From NCBI GenBank assembly GCA_965262915.1, contig OZ253564.1, positions 3,136,001 to 3,200,000 on the forward strand: a DNA stretch of 64,000 nt, given 5' to 3'. Numbering within the stretch: the stretch's first letter is position 1; every line of letters starts with the position of its first letter. The notes below the pieces were generated by a model. The model searched no databases, had not been told where the DNA came from, and saw only the letters and a program-made list of their open reading frames with translations. The stretch comes from Candidatus Spongiisociaceae bacterium. GTDB lineage: Bacteria; Actinomycetota; Acidimicrobiia; Spongiisociales; Spongiisociaceae. Shown piece by piece: positions 60,488-64,000 of the stretch. The position numbers and the translations under genes are program-made.

Positions 60488-61351
60488 TCACCGGTCATCG
60501 ATCACCCGGGCGCCGTGGTCGAGAGTCTCCGCCGCGAAGGTGGAGCGCGCCTCGACAGGTACCAGAGCCAGCGCCTCGGTCGCCTCCTCCTGGTTGGCGA
60601 AGAACCCGAACAGGGCCGGACCGCTCCCCGACATGAGCACCGGGCGGTCCCAGCGATCCACCAACTCGGCCCGCCAGTCGTCCAGCACCGGTGCGGCCCA
60701 CACCGCCGCCGGGTAGAGATCGTTGGACAGTGGTCCGTGGCCGCGGATACCGGGCGGGAGGTCGTGTCCCACGGCGCGCGGGCCTTCCGGCCCTCCCAGC
60801 AGGTCCCATACCTCGTATATCCGGCGGGTCTCGAGCGGGAACGGCGGTACCGCCACCACCACCCAGAAACCGTTGCTCGCTCCGATCGGCGATCCCAACA
60901 TCTCGCCATACCCATGTATCCAGCGCAGACCCCCGTACAGGCAGAAGGTGACATCAGCGCCGATCGATGCAGCCGGACGGTCTAACCGGCCGCGGCCGGC
61001 GCCGATCAGTCTTCCGTACAGGAGCAGCGCGGCGGCTGCATCGGAACTGCCTCCCGCGAGCCCCGCCGCAACGGGGATGCGCTTCCAGAGCCGGAAGGCG
61101 GCCCACCGGTGATCACCGGTTCGCTCCCTCAGGGCCTCCACCGCCTTCCAGACCAGGTTCTCCTCACCGGAGGGAAGCTGGGCCCCGTGGACGACGAGGG
61201 AATCCGAGTCGGCCGGCTCCATCGTCAAGATGTCGTACCAACCGATCGACTGCGTCAGACCCCGGACCGGGTGGAGTCCGGTGGCGTCCTTGGGCCGCAC
61301 CTGCAGCGAGAGGTTGAGCTTGGCAGGGGCCGTTGCCCGGGTGACGGTCAT
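60488..61351 (-). CDS. ispE: 4-diphosphocytidyl-2-C-methyl-D-erythritol kinase
   Basis: 'APAKLNL', 'KRIPVAAGLAGGSSDAAA', 'GADV', 'MSGSG'. Confidence 0.96.
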   Translation of the reverse strand: MTVTRATAPAKLNLSLQVRPKDATGLHPVRGLTQSIGWYDILTMEPADSDSLVVHGAQLPSGEENLVWKAVEALRERTGDHRWAAFRLWKRIPVAAGLAGGSSDAAAALLLYGRLIGAGRGRLDRPAASIGADVTFCLYGGLRWIHGYGEMLGSPIGASNGFWVVVAVPPFPLETRRIYEVWDLLGGPEGPRAVGHDLPPGIRGHGPLSNDLYPAAVWAAPVLDDWRAELVDRWDRPVLMSGSGPALFGFFANQEEATEALALVPVEARSTFAAETLDHGARVIDDR

Positions 61352-62172
61352 CGGGCCGCAGTTCCGATGGCCGCGGCTATGTCCAGAAACCGCTCCGCGC
61401 TCAGGTTCTCGGCCCGGAGCGAGGGTTCGATCCCGGCCTCACGGAGCCGGTCGGCCACCGGATGGGGGACCACCGATCCGAGCGAGGATCGCAGCATCTT
61501 GCGCCGCCGCCCGAAGCCCGCCGCCGCCAGGCGGACCGCCAGGTCGCGAAGCGGACCGGGAGGAGCCGTGCGCCGGATCACGACCACCGCCGAGTCGACG
61601 TTGGGAGCCGGGAGAAACACCTGGGGAGGAACCCGGAACTCGAGACGTGCGGCGCCGTAGAGCGCCACCACGACGCTGGGCAAGCCGTAGGTCTTCGATC
61701 CGGGCCGGGCGGTGAGGCGCTCGGCAACCTCGCGCTGGACCATAACCACGCATCGCTCCAGACCGGGCGCCCCCCTCAGAAGATCCAGGAGGATCGATGT
61801 CCCGACCTGGTACGGAAGGTTGGCGACCAGTGCCCAGCGTTGACCTGCCCCCAGTTCCGCGGCATCCAGGCAGGCCGCATCCTCGAAGCGCAGGTCCACG
61901 TCCGATCCTGCCAGCACCTCGCTGATGAGGGGTCTCAAGCGCTCGTCGATCTCGAAGCCGGTCACCGCGAACCCCGCCTCCACCAGAGCGCGCGTGAGAG
62001 TTCCGGTTCCCACTCCCACTTCAAGGACTCTGACGCCTGCCGGGTCACCCGCCAGGGCCACGATCTTGGAAGTGATGTTGGGGTCGGCGAGGAAGTGCTG
62101 ACCGAGCCGCCGGCGTGGCTCGATCCCGTGCCGCGCCAGCAACCCGCCGATCTCGGAGCGGGTCTGGCTCAC
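61348..62172 (-). CDS. rsmA: 16S rRNA adenine dimethyltransferase
   Basis: 'LGQHFL', 'EVGVGTGTLT', 'ANLPY', 'MVQREVAERL', 'PNVDSAVV'. Confidence 0.96.
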   Translation of the reverse strand: MSQTRSEIGGLLARHGIEPRRRLGQHFLADPNITSKIVALAGDPAGVRVLEVGVGTGTLTRALVEAGFAVTGFEIDERLRPLISEVLAGSDVDLRFEDAACLDAAELGAGQRWALVANLPYQVGTSILLDLLRGAPGLERCVVMVQREVAERLTARPGSKTYGLPSVVVALYGAARLEFRVPPQVFLPAPNVDSAVVVIRRTAPPGPLRDLAVRLAAAGFGRRRKMLRSSLGSVVPHPVADRLREAGIEPSLRAENLSAERFLDIAAAIGTAAR

Positions 62173-62918
62173 AATCCGAACACCTCGACGGCCCGCTCAC
62201 CGGTGAGCAGGGCGACCTCCGCCGGATCCAAACCCCACACGTCTCCCAAGGCCGCCCCGACCAGCGCGACGTGCGCCGGCTCGTTCGGCTCTCCCCGATA
62301 GGGAACAGGCGCCAGGTAAGGCGTGTCGGTCTCCACGACCGTCCGGTCGGGGGGTACGACCGCCGCCCCCCTGCGCACCGTATCCCCGGTCTCGAAGGTC
62401 ACCGGACCCGCGAAGGAGAACGTGACCCCCAACTCGGCAAACCTCCGGGACCACCTGGGACCCCCCGTCCAGCAGTGGAGCACCACCCAAGGCCCGGCAC
62501 CGTCCCGTTCGAGTACTTCGTAGATCTGGCGAAAGGCGTCTCGGCAGTGGACGACGAGCGGTTTGCTCATGTCGAGGGCCAGCCTATGGTGCGCGACGAA
62601 GCTCTCCATCTGGGCGGCCGGTGGTGACAGATTGCGGTAGAAGTCGAGTCCGGTCTCGCCGATGGCCACCGCCTCCTCCATCAACCCGATGAGTCCGCTC
62701 CTCTCCCGGCCCCATCGCGATGCCTCGTGGGGATGGAGGCCGGCGGTGAACGAGATCCGCCCCCGAAAACGCAGAGCAAGCTCCCTGGCCGCCCGGCTGG
62801 TGGCGAGATCCACCCCGGGAACCACCACATGCTTCACGTCGCTTGCCCGATCGAGAAGCAGGCCCGGATCCCGCGCGTCGAGTTGAAGATGGCAGTGTGT
62901 GTCGACCCATCGGCCCAT
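62169..62918 (-). CDS. tatD: TatD family nuclease
   Basis: 'DTHCHL', 'GLHPH', 'IGETGLD', 'VHCRDA', 'ETDTPYLAP'. Confidence 0.95.
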   Translation of the reverse strand: MGRWVDTHCHLQLDARDPGLLLDRASDVKHVVVPGVDLATSRAARELALRFRGRISFTAGLHPHEASRWGRERSGLIGLMEEAVAIGETGLDFYRNLSPPAAQMESFVAHHRLALDMSKPLVVHCRDAFRQIYEVLERDGAGPWVVLHCWTGGPRWSRRFAELGVTFSFAGPVTFETGDTVRRGAAVVPPDRTVVETDTPYLAPVPYRGEPNEPAHVALVGAALGDVWGLDPAEVALLTGERAVEVFGL

Positions 62919-62974
62919 GCCGCGAGCGTAGCGATGAGTCGGTGGCCGGTTGGTCGGCAGCAGCGGTCGGTTGG

Positions 62975-63799
62975 TCAGCGCCGGAGCACGGCCTCGTAGA
63001 GGGCTCGGCGGCCGAGTCCGAGGGCGTTGGCCACCTCCCGGACCGCTCCCGACATCTGGTGCCCCTCGCCCATCAGGTTCATGACCTCTTGGACGGCCTT
63101 GTCGATCGGCGTCACGGATCCCGGCGATCCTTCCACCACCAGCGTGAACTCGCCTCGCGGAGCCCGCCGGGTCCACTCAGTCACCGCCTCCTCGAGTGTC
63201 CCGCACCACACCTCCTCGTGTGCCTTGGTCAGCTCGCGGGCCACCGTGACGGGGCGGTCCCCGCCCAGCGTCCGTGCCAGCTCGGACAGATCGGTCGTGA
63301 CCCGCGCGGTGGCCGAGAAGAGGACGACGGTGCGGGTCTCGGCGGCCAGTTGCTCCAGACGCGCCGACCGTTCCCTCCCCTTGCGGGGAAGGAAGCCTTC
63401 GAAGACGAAGCGGTGCGAGTCCAGGCCGGATACGGACAGAGCCGCCACCACTGCGCTAGGTCCCGGTACCACCGATACAGCGGCGCCGGCCCGGCGAGCT
63501 ACGCGCACCGCCGTGAGGCCGGGATCGGCCACCCCCGGCATCCCGGCGTCGGAGATGAGGGCAACTGTCGCGCCTCCTTCCAGCAGACGGACCAACCGTC
63601 CTGACCGCCGCGACTCGTTGCCCGCGAAGTACGACTGCGGTCTGGTACGCACACCCAGATGGTCCAGGAGAACCCGCGCCCGTCGGGTGTCCTCGGCAAA
63701 GATGGCATCGGCGGACTCGAGCGCCTCGCCGAGCCGGGGAGAGGCATCACCCAGGTGGCCGATCGGGGTACCGCACAGTACGAGATGTCCCCTGATCAT
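62975..63799 (-). CDS. rsmI: 16S rRNA (cytidine-2'-O)-methyltransferase
   Basis: 'TPIGHLGD', 'AEDTR', 'SDAGMPGVADPG', 'FEGFLP', 'RELTK.HEE'. Confidence 0.96.
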   Translation of the reverse strand: MIRGHLVLCGTPIGHLGDASPRLGEALESADAIFAEDTRRARVLLDHLGVRTRPQSYFAGNESRRSGRLVRLLEGGATVALISDAGMPGVADPGLTAVRVARRAGAAVSVVPGPSAVVAALSVSGLDSHRFVFEGFLPRKGRERSARLEQLAAETRTVVLFSATARVTTDLSELARTLGGDRPVTVARELTKAHEEVWCGTLEEAVTEWTRRAPRGEFTLVVEGSPGSVTPIDKAVQEVMNLMGEGHQMSGAVREVANALGLGRRALYEAVLRR

Positions 63800-63999
63800 A
63801 TCCCGACGCCGATCTGGCGGACGACCAAGCGCCCTACCTCGGGATCGGAAGCTATCAGGAAGGTGATCAGATCCACGTCCCAGGCGAGCATGGCATAGTC
63901 GGCACCCTCCACCCATTCGGTGACCGTGTCGAACACCCTGGAGGATCCGATCTGCATACCGGAGGTGATCAGGTTGCGGATCGCGGCGTTCATCTCCGA
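63796..63999 (-). CDS. C-terminal part of an unidentified protein continuing beyond the window
   Basis: Frame open to the window edge; its stop overlaps the rsmI ATG (ATGA). Confidence 0.6.
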   Translation of the reverse strand, partial: SEMNAAIRNLITSGMQIGSSRVFDTVTEWVEGADYAMLAWDVDLITFLIASDPEVGRLVVRQIGVGI

Positions 64000-64000
64000 C

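Overview
High-GC actinobacterial chromosome segment. Mycothione reductase, WhiB1, DUF3107, Ku and many leaderless starts point to Actinomycetota, and Acidimicrobiia is a guess. Left to right: the end of an Opp/Dpp ABC transporter operon; a PspC envelope-stress locus with a two-component system; an accessory catabolic block (SDR, PLP enzymes, TPP decarboxylase, amidohydrolases, P450) containing a frameshifted AbiEii-type toxin-antitoxin pair; a more AT-rich defence island (beta-class DNA methyltransferase plus unassigned PD-(D/E)xK nuclease, and RecQ-PRTase plus DprA, PsyrTA/RqlHI-like); and the F1Fo ATP synthase operon with glyA. A complete N-methylglutamate (methylamine) pathway (gmaS, mgsABC, mgdABCD-like) sits between glyA and tsaC. 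It is followed by the tsaC-prmC-prfA-rpmE-rho-thrC-hom-lysA cluster, tRNA-Arg(CCG), ku, whiB1, prs-glmU, tRNA-Gln(TTG) and ispE-rsmA-tatD-rsmI. The most notable non-coding signals are an unassigned ~96-nt structured RNA followed by a 7x7-nt repeat in the glyA leader (riboswitch candidate), two families of miniature inverted-repeat elements (one fused to TAG stop codons, one stacked head-to-tail as ~100-bp units), and Rex/CRP-like operators before atp and whiB1. No CRISPR array, rRNA gene, transposase or integrase is visible. All calls come from motif recognition by eye; no database searches were run.
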